In this document: positions 56,210 to 64,000 of the stretch, one piece after another
Layout: each line of letters starts with the position of its first letter
Position numbering within the stretch: the stretch's first letter is position 1
Virus record (IMG/VR): IMGVR_UViG_3300019360_000007
Coordinates: 1 to 64,000 of that record
DNA length: 64,000 bases
Reading direction: 5' to 3' (one strand)
Origin: a virus
Notes under the pieces: model-generated
Databases searched by the model: none
The model's input: only the letters and a program-made list of their open reading frames with translations
Told to the model about the DNA's origin: nothing
Program-made: the position numbers and the translations under genes

Positions 56210-57736
56210 TCAGGTGGAAATATTTTCCCATACCGGCGTGCGGCCGCGCTGCTCTCTCTCGTCCGGGATGTTGTCCTTCTCGGTCTGCATCGGCGTCTGC
56301 TGGTAGTTCGCTCCCACGGGATACGGCCCGAGCGGTGGGTACTCGGTCTGCCAGCCTCCGCCCTGCATGATGGCCGGGCGCCCCCTGCACTCGGGCCAGC
56401 ACAGCTCCGTCGTGTCGAACAGGGGGATCTTGTAGCGGATGTCGTTCTCCTCCAGGTAGGCGATCTGGAAGTGCTGCTGCATGATGTTCCCGCGCGCGGA
56501 CGGCTTGCGCACGGGGCCGATGCTGTAGCGCTCGTTCGTCTGCTTGACGATGAAGTCGCGCTGCGTGAGCAGGGGCGACGGCCCTGTCCACACGTCCTGA
56601 ACGTGTTCGAGCCGCCTTCCCGTCGGGGTCTGCCGCACGGCCCGGTCGTTGTCGTCGGGCGAGAGGATCATGTCGTACGGTCCCTCGTACCCGCCGACGA
56701 AGGACGTCCCGAAGCATACCTCGCATCTGGAGTCGGGCTGCTGGTTGAACTCTATCGTGCGCGGGTCCCTGCCGCAGAAGCACTGCTCGCCGCTCTGCTT
56801 GCGGATGAACACCTTGACGCGCTCGCCGCCCTGCTCGAGGATCCAGTTGTTGCGCCGGATGGCCTCGCGCCAGATGTAGTCCATCCGCTCGACCGCCCTG
56901 TAGGTGACCGGCTCGGCGAAGTCTAGCGGCGTTTCCCTGAACCCCGTGGGCGACGATCCGTCCCTCGACACCGTCGTGACCCTGTACCATGCCTTGTGGT
57001 CGAGCTCGGTCTTCACGGCGTTGCGGTTGTAGTAGTAGGTGATCGAGACGGCCGTCTGCGGACCCTGCGGGATCGTGGGCTCGATCCAGCGCTCGGTCGC
57101 GAAGTCGTAGCCTCTCGTGTTGATGAGCGTGACCTCGCCCGTGGGGCCGAACACCGCGTGGACGGGGACGATCTTGTTGTCGATGATCAGCTGGACGTCC
57201 ATGGGAACGTCCGCCGCGATGGCCTGGCCCGACTTCTTCACGATGGGCCAGCTCTTCGTGCGGAAGACCCACGGCCTCTCGTTCGCCGACTCACCCCGGT
57301 TGATCCACGCGGTGTCCCAGTCGACGACCTCGTTCTGGACCAGTACGTTGTCGGTGTAGTCCCGGTAGAAGGTGCCTCCAACCGGCGTGGCGTTGAGGCG
57401 ATGGTACGGACCTCGCTCGCTCGTGTCGCTGCGGTAGACGTTGACGCCGACGACGGCGAACTTGCTGTTCTTCGCCAGGATGGAAGGCTCGTCCCATCGC
57501 AGATCGAGGGTCCCCGTGAACAGGGGGCTCACGACCTCGACGTTGGTGGGCGCAACGGGACACTCGTTCGGGCCGACCTCCCACCCGATGCAGCTGGGGC
57601 CGAAGGGGCCGGGACTGGGGCCGGGATCAGGGCACGGCGGCGTCGGACCGGGCGGCGTGGGCGTGGGGCACGAGACCGGCTCGAGCGGGTTCGGCTTCTG
57701 GATCCACGGTTCCTGGCCCTGGTTGACGCACGTCAT
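56210..57736 (-). CDS. Putative head-closure / neck protein with Pro-rich and FN3-like N-terminal part, 508 aa
   Basis: GERVKVFIRK..GEQCFC...CEVCFGTSFVGGY and LLTQRDFIV...ERY as in large-myophage neck proteins; APTNVEV...LRWD...GVNVYRS FN3-like. Confidence 0.6.
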   Translation of the reverse strand: MTCVNQGQEPWIQKPNPLEPVSCPTPTPPGPTPPCPDPGPSPGPFGPSCIGWEVGPNECPVAPTNVEVVSPLFTGTLDLRWDEPSILAKNSKFAVVGVNVYRSDTSERGPYHRLNATPVGGTFYRDYTDNVLVQNEVVDWDTAWINRGESANERPWVFRTKSWPIVKKSGQAIAADVPMDVQLIIDNKIVPVHAVFGPTGEVTLINTRGYDFATERWIEPTIPQGPQTAVSITYYYNRNAVKTELDHKAWYRVTTVSRDGSSPTGFRETPLDFAEPVTYRAVERMDYIWREAIRRNNWILEQGGERVKVFIRKQSGEQCFCGRDPRTIEFNQQPDSRCEVCFGTSFVGGYEGPYDMILSPDDNDRAVRQTPTGRRLEHVQDVWTGPSPLLTQRDFIVKQTNERYSIGPVRKPSARGNIMQQHFQIAYLEENDIRYKIPLFDTTELCWPECRGRPAIMQGGGWQTEYPPLGPYPVGANYQQTPMQTEKDNIPDEREQRGRTPVWENIST

Positions 57737-57742
57737 GACGGC

Positions 57743-58084
57743 CTAGCTGGGAGGGGAGGCTCCTCCCGTCGTCTCATTCTGGCGCGTCTGAGGCGGCGAG
57801 ACCAGCCGGATCGTCCCGTCGGCGAGAGCGACCCACTGCTGGCCGTCCTGGACGCCCAGGCGGCGGCTGATGCCGTTGATGATCTCCTGCAGCTTCCTCT
57901 CGATCTCGTCGAGTTGTCCGAGGACCCTCACCTTGCGCACCTCGTGCTCGCCCACCTGCTGGAGCAGCCGCGCGGACTCCTGGCGGAGACTCGTGATGGC
58001 CCCCTGCTCCTCGGGGGACATGCGACCGATGTTCCCCGGGATCTCGGGCTGCGGCGACGGTGTGTTCGGGCTGTCGGTTTCCAT
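57743..58084 (-). CDS. Small coiled-coil hypothetical protein, 113 aa
   Basis: Tiles in operon; heptad-like core. Confidence 0.6.
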   Translation of the reverse strand: METDSPNTPSPQPEIPGNIGRMSPEEQGAITSLRQESARLLQQVGEHEVRKVRVLGQLDEIERKLQEIINGISRRLGVQDGQQWVALADGTIRLVSPPQTRQNETTGGASPPS

Positions 58085-58093
58085 CTTCCGACT

Positions 58094-58327
58094 CTACCCG
58101 CCGTTGAGAGCCTTCTCCTGCTCCTCGTCGAGGAGATAGCGCCGGACGGCGCGAAGCTCGGCGACGTAGTTGTCGAAGTGCGTCCCTACCCGGTCACCCA
58201 GGGTCATCGTGTGCGAGTGCGTCACGACGGAGGGGAGCTTCTCGAAAGACCAGAACGTGACGCCGTCCTGGTTCGTGTACTCGTACACCCGGTTCCCGCG
58301 CCCGATGGTGGCGTCCTTCTCGGTCAC
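58094..58327 (-). CDS. Hypothetical protein, 77 aa
   Basis: GTG 58327 overlapping upstream TGA with GGAGG RBS (MTEKDATIGRGNRVYEY). Confidence 0.55.
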   Translation of the reverse strand: MTEKDATIGRGNRVYEYTNQDGVTFWSFEKLPSVVTHSHTMTLGDRVGTHFDNYVAELRAVRRYLLDEEQEKALNGG

Positions 58328-58851
58328 GGACCCTCCGGCCTCGGCGCCTCGGCGCCCTTGTCCTGGCGCTGCTCGAGGATGCGGATGATCTCGTCCAGGT
58401 CGTCCTCGCTCTTGCGCGCCTGGACGATCTGCTGCTCGATGAGGGCCGTGCTCGCGTCCGAAGAGTCGCGAACGTCGCCGGGGTTCTTGACCTTCGCGAG
58501 CACCTCGTCGTCCTTCTTTTCCAGGGCCTTCTTCATGGTCTTCTTCGGCGTGCACCTGCCGTCGAACCACAGGTGGCCCTCGGGACACGCGGCGTCAAGC
58601 ACGGCGTCGACGACGTCCGCGGGGTTCGCGCGGGGCTGTGGGTCCTCTGCGATTTCCGGCGTCGAGGTCGATGCCTCGACGTCGACCTCCTCCGTCCCCT
58701 CGTCCGCGACACTGTCCGCTTTCTCTTCCACGCGTGTTGTGGGGGACATGATGTCCGACTCGGGACGCGGATCGGCACGCGTCTCGCACGCGAGACACAG
58801 GAGGGCCGCCACGCTACTGGCGCGGAGCGTTGAGGAGCTTCTTGACCTCAT
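58324..58851 (-). CDS. Putative lipoprotein (o-spanin-like candidate), 175 aa
   Basis: N-terminal MRSR...VAALLCLAC lipobox-like signal, acidic linker, CPEGHLWFDGRC, helical C-terminus; 5' end overlaps the upstream membrane gene. Confidence 0.45.
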   Translation of the reverse strand: MRSRSSSTLRASSVAALLCLACETRADPRPESDIMSPTTRVEEKADSVADEGTEEVDVEASTSTPEIAEDPQPRANPADVVDAVLDAACPEGHLWFDGRCTPKKTMKKALEKKDDEVLAKVKNPGDVRDSSDASTALIEQQIVQARKSEDDLDEIIRILEQRQDKGAEAPRPEGP

Positions 58852-59113
58852 CGATCTTCTCGTCCAGGCTGTCGAGCTTGCCCTCGAGCCTGACCATGGC
58901 GAGGGCGTTCTTCTGAACCGCGTCGGTCACGTAGGAGAGCTTGTCGAGATCCTCCTGGAGCTCGCTGATCCTCTCGTCCTGGATGGCGTTCTTCACCTCG
59001 AGCTTGACGCCCCAGACGATGAGAGGGACCACGAGGACCGACAGCACCTTGAGGGCGATGTCGAGCAGCTTGCCGCCCCCGTCCTTGCCTGACTGACTCG
59101 ATCCAGTTCCCAC
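58814..59113 (-). CDS. Single-TM coiled-coil membrane protein (i-spanin- or holin-like), 99 aa
   Basis: GTG 59113 with GGAGG; TM LLDIALKVLSVLVVPLIVWGV followed by coiled coil. Confidence 0.55.
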   Translation of the reverse strand: MGTGSSQSGKDGGGKLLDIALKVLSVLVVPLIVWGVKLEVKNAIQDERISELQEDLDKLSYVTDAVQKNALAMVRLEGKLDSLDEKIDEVKKLLNAPRQ

Positions 59114-59114
59114 G

Positions 59115-59480
59115 TCATCCTCCCCCGACCCTGCGGAGACAGCTCGCCAGGAACCGTCTCGTGACCCTGGCGACCTTGTCGAGGGAGACGCGACCGGCCT
59201 CGACACGGATCCACCCGTCCTTGCTGAGCGTGTCCACGGCCTGCCGGAAGAAGTTCTCGCCCTCTCCGTGGAACGGGTAACGCTGCGAGATGTTCTCTGC
59301 CATGGTCTCGAGATCCATGAGTTCCTCCGCGGGGAGGGACTCCAGGTAACGCAGGATAATACTCTGAGCCTGCTGCAGCGTGTTCCCGGCGAAGTCGTTG
59401 CGGAGGTCCGTGTCGTCCGTCATGCGCGGCGCGAGGTCCCCCTGGAGCAGAGGCGTCGTCTGGTTCTCACGCTTGGGCAT
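59115..59480 (-). CDS. Hypothetical winged-helix-like protein, 121 aa
   Basis: GAGG RBS; IILRYL...MDLETMA...FRQAVDTLSKDGWI pattern. Confidence 0.55.
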   Translation of the reverse strand: MPKRENQTTPLLQGDLAPRMTDDTDLRNDFAGNTLQQAQSIILRYLESLPAEELMDLETMAENISQRYPFHGEGENFFRQAVDTLSKDGWIRVEAGRVSLDKVARVTRRFLASCLRRVGGG

Positions 59481-59561
59481 CGCGATCCTCGGATTCTTTC
59501 ACGTCACGGAGCTGCGGCCACCCTAGGTGGCCGATAGGGAGTCCACCGAGGGCCGCACCGG

Positions 59562-60455
59562 TCAGATGAGGGCGTCGAAGACCGAAGCCACGGCGTCTGC
59601 GATCTCCTGCCAGTGGTCCTGTCGTGCTTGGTAGGACTGATCGATCTGCACCCCTCCAGTCCCGCCAGATGTGATCCAGTTGGTCAGGTTGTCGGGGTTG
59701 TCACCGCCGAACTCGTCCTCGGCGGTGGCCACGCGGACAGGGATCGACGGGACGACGACGGCCGCAATGGCATCGCGAACCCGCTCCTTGAGCGACTGCG
59801 ACGCACCGCCGCCGATCAGGATCTCGCTGTCGGTGAACCCGTGGAAGGCCACCGCATACTGGAAGCCTCGACTGCCGATGGAGTCAAGGAGCGGGAACGA
59901 GCGCCGAGAGATCTCGGTGCTCGTGATGTGCCAGCGGTCGAAGGCGCCCCCTCCCGATCTCCAGCCCTTGCAGCGCCACGACGACACCCCCTTGGCTGCG
60001 AGCTGCGACGCCACCCTCTCGGCCTGATCGTCGGTCCAGTTCTCGAGGGCACCGCCGTGTGGAGCGAGCGCCACGAGGCCCGTGTGGATCCCGTCGTCGT
60101 CGAGGCGCTCGAGGAGGATATTGGCGTTGTCGTCGAAGAGCGCCGTCGTGGTCTCTGCGGCCTTCTCCCCGCCGTGGACGGCCACGGCGGCGTCGACCTC
60201 CGCCTCGTCGGCCGGCGGGATCGATGCCTCGACGAAGTTGATCGTCAGGTTGTCGTCTCCCGTCTCGACCGAGGTGAGCGTCACGCTCAGGCCGAGTGCC
60301 ACGATGTCGTCGTGGAGCTTGCGTCCCTCGACCTTTCCGTTGGCGGTGTCGTTGGCGATGCTGTACAGGAGGATTGCCATCAGAAGATCTCCATCACGAT
60401 GAGGCGCCTTTCCGTTGGCGGTGTCGTTGGCGATGCTGTACAGGAGGATTGCCAT
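59562..60455 (-). CDS. Poly-gamma-glutamate hydrolase (PghP/DUF867)-like domain fused to an N-terminal virion-type module
   Basis: ALAPHGGALENWT, HITST, AVAFHG, ILIGG, GDNPDNLTN, GVQID motifs; ATG 60455 overlaps upstream TGA (second ATG at 60380 from the duplication). Confidence 0.78.
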   Translation of the reverse strand: MAILLYSIANDTANGKAPHRDGDLLMAILLYSIANDTANGKVEGRKLHDDIVALGLSVTLTSVETGDDNLTINFVEASIPPADEAEVDAAVAVHGGEKAAETTTALFDDNANILLERLDDDGIHTGLVALAPHGGALENWTDDQAERVASQLAAKGVSSWRCKGWRSGGGAFDRWHITSTEISRRSFPLLDSIGSRGFQYAVAFHGFTDSEILIGGGASQSLKERVRDAIAAVVVPSIPVRVATAEDEFGGDNPDNLTNWITSGGTGGVQIDQSYQARQDHWQEIADAVASVFDALI

Positions 60456-60483
60456 CAGAAGATCTCCATCACGATGAGGCGCC
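60332..60483. repeat. Perfect tandem duplication, period 75 bp (77 identical nt)
   Basis: 60332-60408 is identical to 60407-60483; duplicates the stop/start junction and MAILLYSIANDTANGK. Confidence 0.95.
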
Positions 60484-61141
60484 GTTCCGTGAGCCTCGCC
60501 CGGGCCGTTCCTCCCAGGACGCGCCACCTGATCTCGTAGGTGTGCGACGCCTGCGTGGGAGCGATGTCGAGGAACTGGACAACCCCAGGACCGTCGGCGT
60601 TGCCGAGGAGGCCTAGAATACCGGAGACACTGAACTCCAGGGCCCGGACCGTGTCTGCGATCTGCGCGCCGTCATTGTAGAGGGTGATGAGGAACTCGTC
60701 TCCGTCCTGGACGTTGAACGTCCCGTGAAATAGAATCAGGACATCTCCTCCGTTGGGAGTCACCGTGCGCGTCATCTCGGGGATCACCACGAAGCTGGCG
60801 CTGGTGGTCGTCGGAGAGCTGGTTGTCCCGACCACTTGGCTCCTCACCGGAGCGCTCCCGACCATGAACACGCGTGCCCAGCCCGTGGTCGTCCCGTTCG
60901 TGTTGACCCAGAGCTGGCCGGTACCGGCCAGCGTCCTCTGGTAGACGTCGCCCTCGTTGCCCGCGAGGAGCGCGACGTTGGGGTCGGCGGTCCCGCGCTT
61001 GATGTTGTCCGCCGTGAGGATGCCGCCGCTCTGCAAGGTCAGATCGACGGACAAGACGATGCTGTCCGCTGCCACGTCCACGGTGCGGGGGAGCCCCGTC
61101 GTGTCGTCGTCGAGCAGGAGATTGTCGATTTGGCTGGCCAT
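60455..61141 (-). CDS. Putative virion fibre/appendage protein, 228 aa
   Basis: GTADPN....GNEGDVY...LWVNT....GW fibre-type motif; C-terminal beta-sandwich TTTSASFVVIP...HTYEIRWR; N-terminus paralogous to the 537-aa protein. Confidence 0.6.
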   Translation of the reverse strand: MASQIDNLLLDDDTTGLPRTVDVAADSIVLSVDLTLQSGGILTADNIKRGTADPNVALLAGNEGDVYQRTLAGTGQLWVNTNGTTTGWARVFMVGSAPVRSQVVGTTSSPTTTSASFVVIPEMTRTVTPNGGDVLILFHGTFNVQDGDEFLITLYNDGAQIADTVRALEFSVSGILGLLGNADGPGVVQFLDIAPTQASHTYEIRWRVLGGTARARLTERRLIVMEIF

Positions 61142-61144
61142 CGG

Positions 61145-61363
61145 CTAGGTCTTCGTGACAGGCACGACCTCCACCGAGTCGACGGTCACCTCCCACCCGG
61201 TCGAGACCGGGTCGCCCCCGAGCTCGCGCCCGAGGAGGCTCTGGAGGCGATTGCGAGCGTGACGCCGGAGCATTCCCACGATGCTCTCCTTGTCCTTCCC
61301 GGACAGAGCTTCCTCAGGCTTCGTCGGAATCGCGTCGAACGTCAGCGTGTACTTGACCTTCAT
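61145..61363 (-). CDS. Hypothetical protein, 72 aa
   Basis: AGGTG RBS; tiles between neighbours. Confidence 0.55.
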   Translation of the reverse strand: MKVKYTLTFDAIPTKPEEALSGKDKESIVGMLRRHARNRLQSLLGRELGGDPVSTGWEVTVDSVEVVPVTKT

Positions 61364-61370
61364 GCTGCAC

Positions 61371-62984
61371 CTACGGCCGCTGTGCGATGAACTCCGGTTG
61401 GTAGAGGACGTCAGGAGTGGTCGTCACGCCGTTGGCGCCCTGGAGGATCCCGAGCTTGTAGACGATGCTGCCGGGAAGGATCGGGGGAGTCAGCGTTCCC
61501 TGCCCCGCCGTCCCGCTCAGGAACACCAACGATCCGTTGCTAGCGCCGGCAGGTGCCGCGGCGAACAGGATCGGGATCAGCGACCCGGCCACGGTGTAGA
61601 TCTTGGCGGGGCTCGCGGCGGCGGCTCCGGCCGAGGCGACGCCGGCGACGATCCCGTCGAGGAGAGTGCCCGTGTTGGCGTCGGCCAGGATGGCGTTCCC
61701 GCTGCTGTTGATGCGTACGACGTTGCCGGTGACGAGCACGGCTCCCGCGGTCAGCGTGACCCCTGCACCCGCTCCGACGATATCGAGGAACTGGTTGACC
61801 TCCACGGCGAGGCTGCCGGTGGTCGAGTCGAACGTGACGAAGTTGCTCGTCCCGTTGTCGATGACCATCGCCGTGGCGTTGTTCGTCTCGAAGGTCATCT
61901 GGATGTCGTCTGCCGAGGTGATGTCCACCGTGCCGCTCGTGAGCGTGGATAGCGTAAGAGACCCGCTCGTCGCGCTCACGTTCGACGCGCCCGTGCCGTC
62001 AATGGAGAATGCTCCCGTTGACAGGAAGTCCATCGTTCCCGTGACGTCCACGTCTAGGTTGGCCCCGGCGTTCACGTCCATCAGGCCGGCCGACGTGATC
62101 TCCACCGTTCCCGATCCGGTGGTGGACAGAGTCAAGTTCCCGGTGTCGACCGTGAAGTTGGAGTCCGTGTCCGCATCGAGCGAGATGCTGGCCGTCGTAT
62201 CGACGAGCACGTCGCTCAGCGTGACGACGAAGTCCTCGGTGCCGGTAAAGATGATGTTTCCCTCGGCGGCGGAGGTCGTGATCGTATTGCCCTGCTCGTA
62301 CGCCTCCTGGAGATCGACCACCCCCTGCGCCGATAGCGTGTTGAACACGATGCCCGAGGTGCTGCTGTCGAACGCGATCTCGAAGGTGCCCGACGATGTG
62401 CCGCGGAGAACGGCAACGTTGACGATCCTGATGTCACCTCCGGCAGTCGCGTCGGTCACGAACTGGTTGGAGACGAAGTCGACGGTAGCGCCCACGGTAC
62501 CAACGCCGCGGATCGTGAGCGTCGTGCCCACGTGCGACTGGACCTCAAACAGCCCGTCGTTCGCCTGGTTGTTGGCCCCCGAGATCTGGATAAGGTCCCC
62601 CGCCGCGAAGGTGGCGGATCCGGTCGTGACGACCGTCGGGTTGCTCGTTGCCGCGACGCCTGCCGTGAAGCCTCCGGCCGCGACCGTGTCGGACGTCGCG
62701 GTGGGCAGCACGTTGATGACGATGCCTCCCGTCTGCCCGACCGTCGTCGTGTAGTCGGCATTGAGGTAGAGGTGGTTGTCGGAGATGTTGACCTGCTCGG
62801 AGTGGACCGTGGTCGTCGTGCCGTTGACGACCAAGTCTCCGTCGACGAGCACGTTGGCGCCGGAGATAAGCTGGAAATCCACGGAGAGCTGGATCGTGTC
62901 CGGCGTGCCACCTGTCTCCGGCGACCTGGGGAGCCCGGTGGTCAGATCGAGGAGGAGGAGATTGTCCGTCTGGTTTCCTGCCAT
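61371..62984 (-). CDS. Putative virion appendage/decoration protein, 537 aa
   Basis: GGAG RBS; GDLVVNGTTTTVHS.....DNHLYLN fibre motif; T/G/S-rich repeats; C-terminal AG..L..G.VV.I...G....A cement-like domain. Confidence 0.65.
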   Translation of the reverse strand: MAGNQTDNLLLLDLTTGLPRSPETGGTPDTIQLSVDFQLISGANVLVDGDLVVNGTTTTVHSEQVNISDNHLYLNADYTTTVGQTGGIVINVLPTATSDTVAAGGFTAGVAATSNPTVVTTGSATFAAGDLIQISGANNQANDGLFEVQSHVGTTLTIRGVGTVGATVDFVSNQFVTDATAGGDIRIVNVAVLRGTSSGTFEIAFDSSTSGIVFNTLSAQGVVDLQEAYEQGNTITTSAAEGNIIFTGTEDFVVTLSDVLVDTTASISLDADTDSNFTVDTGNLTLSTTGSGTVEITSAGLMDVNAGANLDVDVTGTMDFLSTGAFSIDGTGASNVSATSGSLTLSTLTSGTVDITSADDIQMTFETNNATAMVIDNGTSNFVTFDSTTGSLAVEVNQFLDIVGAGAGVTLTAGAVLVTGNVVRINSSGNAILADANTGTLLDGIVAGVASAGAAAASPAKIYTVAGSLIPILFAAAPAGASNGSLVFLSGTAGQGTLTPPILPGSIVYKLGILQGANGVTTTPDVLYQPEFIAQRP

Positions 62985-62996
62985 TGGTTTTGCTCC

Positions 62997-63965
62997 CTAC
63001 GTCCTGAGAGCCATGACCTGAGGACGAAAGACGACGGTCGGCGTGAACGAGACCCCGTCCGCGCCCCGCAGGACGCCGACCGCGAAGACGGCATTGCCGG
63101 TCGCCGTCGGGGGCGTCAAGGTCGCCAACCCCGACGTGGAGTCCAGGAAGACAGTGCTTCCGTTCTGCGCCATGGCTGGCGCGGCGCCGAAGCGCGTCGC
63201 GGGGCTCGATCCAGATTTCGTGTAGACCTGCACGCTCGCACCGAGGATGACTGTCTCGCGAGAGACGCCGACGACCTCCCAGATCCCGCCCGCGATAGAA
63301 GAACTCGCGCGGACCACCTCTCCGGCGGTGTTGAGGGTGACGAGATGCCCGACAGACAGCGCCTCGCCAGCGATGAAGACCTCGATGGATCCGAGGTCCT
63401 GCGTGAGTATCTCGTCGAGGGCGTCCTGGACGTTCGTGGACGTGAGGACGGTGCTGGAGCTGTCGTAGCCGATGTCGACCACGCGTCGGCTCGCTATCAG
63501 GTTCCAGTTCGTGGTGGCGGCGTCCGAGATGATCCTGATCGCGTCACCTTGCAGGGTGAGCGACTGCGACACGGCACCGTCGACCGTGTCCGCGCCAGAG
63601 CGCATCACCGTCACGGCGTTCGTCGAGCTGTCGGTCTTCATCACGACGAGCTCGTCTCCGAACCTCGCCGTCGTGAGAGGAACGTCCACTTGGATGGGTC
63701 CTCCCGAAGCGTCGACCAGGACGACCGACTCGGTCCCCATCGTGTGGTTCATCGATGCCACGACCACGGGACCGGTCGTGTCGGGCACATACCCGAGCCG
63801 CGCCATGCACTCGTCGAGGTCCGGCTGGCGCGAGTTGTCGACGAGAGTCACCTCGGTCCAGGGAGGTCGAGCGAGCAAGTCCGCGGTCGCCCCAGAGCCC
63901 GCCTCGATGAACTTGTCGAGGTGCGACGCCGATACGCCCGCGAGCCTGTAGCGGAACGTGCTCAT
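62997..63965 (-). CDS. Putative virion appendage/decoration protein, 322 aa
   Basis: VDASGGPIQV..P...KTDSSTNAVTV..SGADTVDG fibre module, TNVQDALDE motif, C-terminal domain paralogous to that of the 537-aa protein. Confidence 0.65.
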   Translation of the reverse strand: MSTFRYRLAGVSASHLDKFIEAGSGATADLLARPPWTEVTLVDNSRQPDLDECMARLGYVPDTTGPVVVASMNHTMGTESVVLVDASGGPIQVDVPLTTARFGDELVVMKTDSSTNAVTVMRSGADTVDGAVSQSLTLQGDAIRIISDAATTNWNLIASRRVVDIGYDSSSTVLTSTNVQDALDEILTQDLGSIEVFIAGEALSVGHLVTLNTAGEVVRASSSIAGGIWEVVGVSRETVILGASVQVYTKSGSSPATRFGAAPAMAQNGSTVFLDSTSGLATLTPPTATGNAVFAVGVLRGADGVSFTPTVVFRPQVMALRT

Positions 63966-64000
63966 GCCGCGAACTCCATGCTGGCCGCGACGTCGACCCC
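63962..64000 (-). CDS. 3' end of an upstream gene (partial)
   Basis: GVDVAASMEFAA-stop with ATGA overlap onto the 322-aa gene. Confidence 0.4.
   Translation of the reverse strand, partial: GVDVAASMEFAA

Noticed and set aside
1-64000. Interpretation as a bacterial eCIS/tailocin or T6SS locus
   Set aside because: Neck/head-closure-like genes, homing endonucleases and phage-type accessory genes, and no AAA+ Afp15, Tss membrane complex or host genes; a phage fits better, although capsid, portal and terminase are not in the window.
1-64000. Genome-wide stop-codon reassignment
   Set aside because: Standard code gives near-complete gene tiling with very long ORFs; both TAG and TGA end genes followed by clear RBS/starts.

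Overview
The window is one co-oriented (all minus-strand), high-GC virion-morphogenesis region of a large contractile-tailed (myovirus-type, probably jumbo) phage. No host housekeeping genes, tRNAs or CRISPR arrays were seen. In transcription order (right to left) it encodes: paralogous virion appendage/decoration-like proteins, a poly-gamma-glutamate hydrolase-like protein, a possible spanin pair, neck proteins, an actin-fold ATPase, an FmdB-type zinc ribbon, a 2480-aa tail sheath, a ~5 kb accessory insert (Zn-finger endonuclease, mosaic protein, Nudix), tail tube, two chaperones, tape measure, two tube-initiator-like paralogs, an 1826-aa hub with an embedded M15-like peptidase, spike, a 3645-aa giant protein and baseplate wedge proteins. 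Three free-standing homing-endonuclease-like genes are interspersed. Most notable: (1) the sheath carries seven N-terminal half-domains followed by seven C-terminal half-domains whose subtypes match in mirror order, i.e. a seven-deep nested domain stalk; (2) a ~180-200 nt structured non-coding element occurs twice, bracketing the sheath-tube block; (3) hairpins occlude the ribosome-binding sites of two endonuclease genes, and a CTAT motif recurs in intergenic gaps. All calls rest on motif recognition and gene order by eye; no database search was run.
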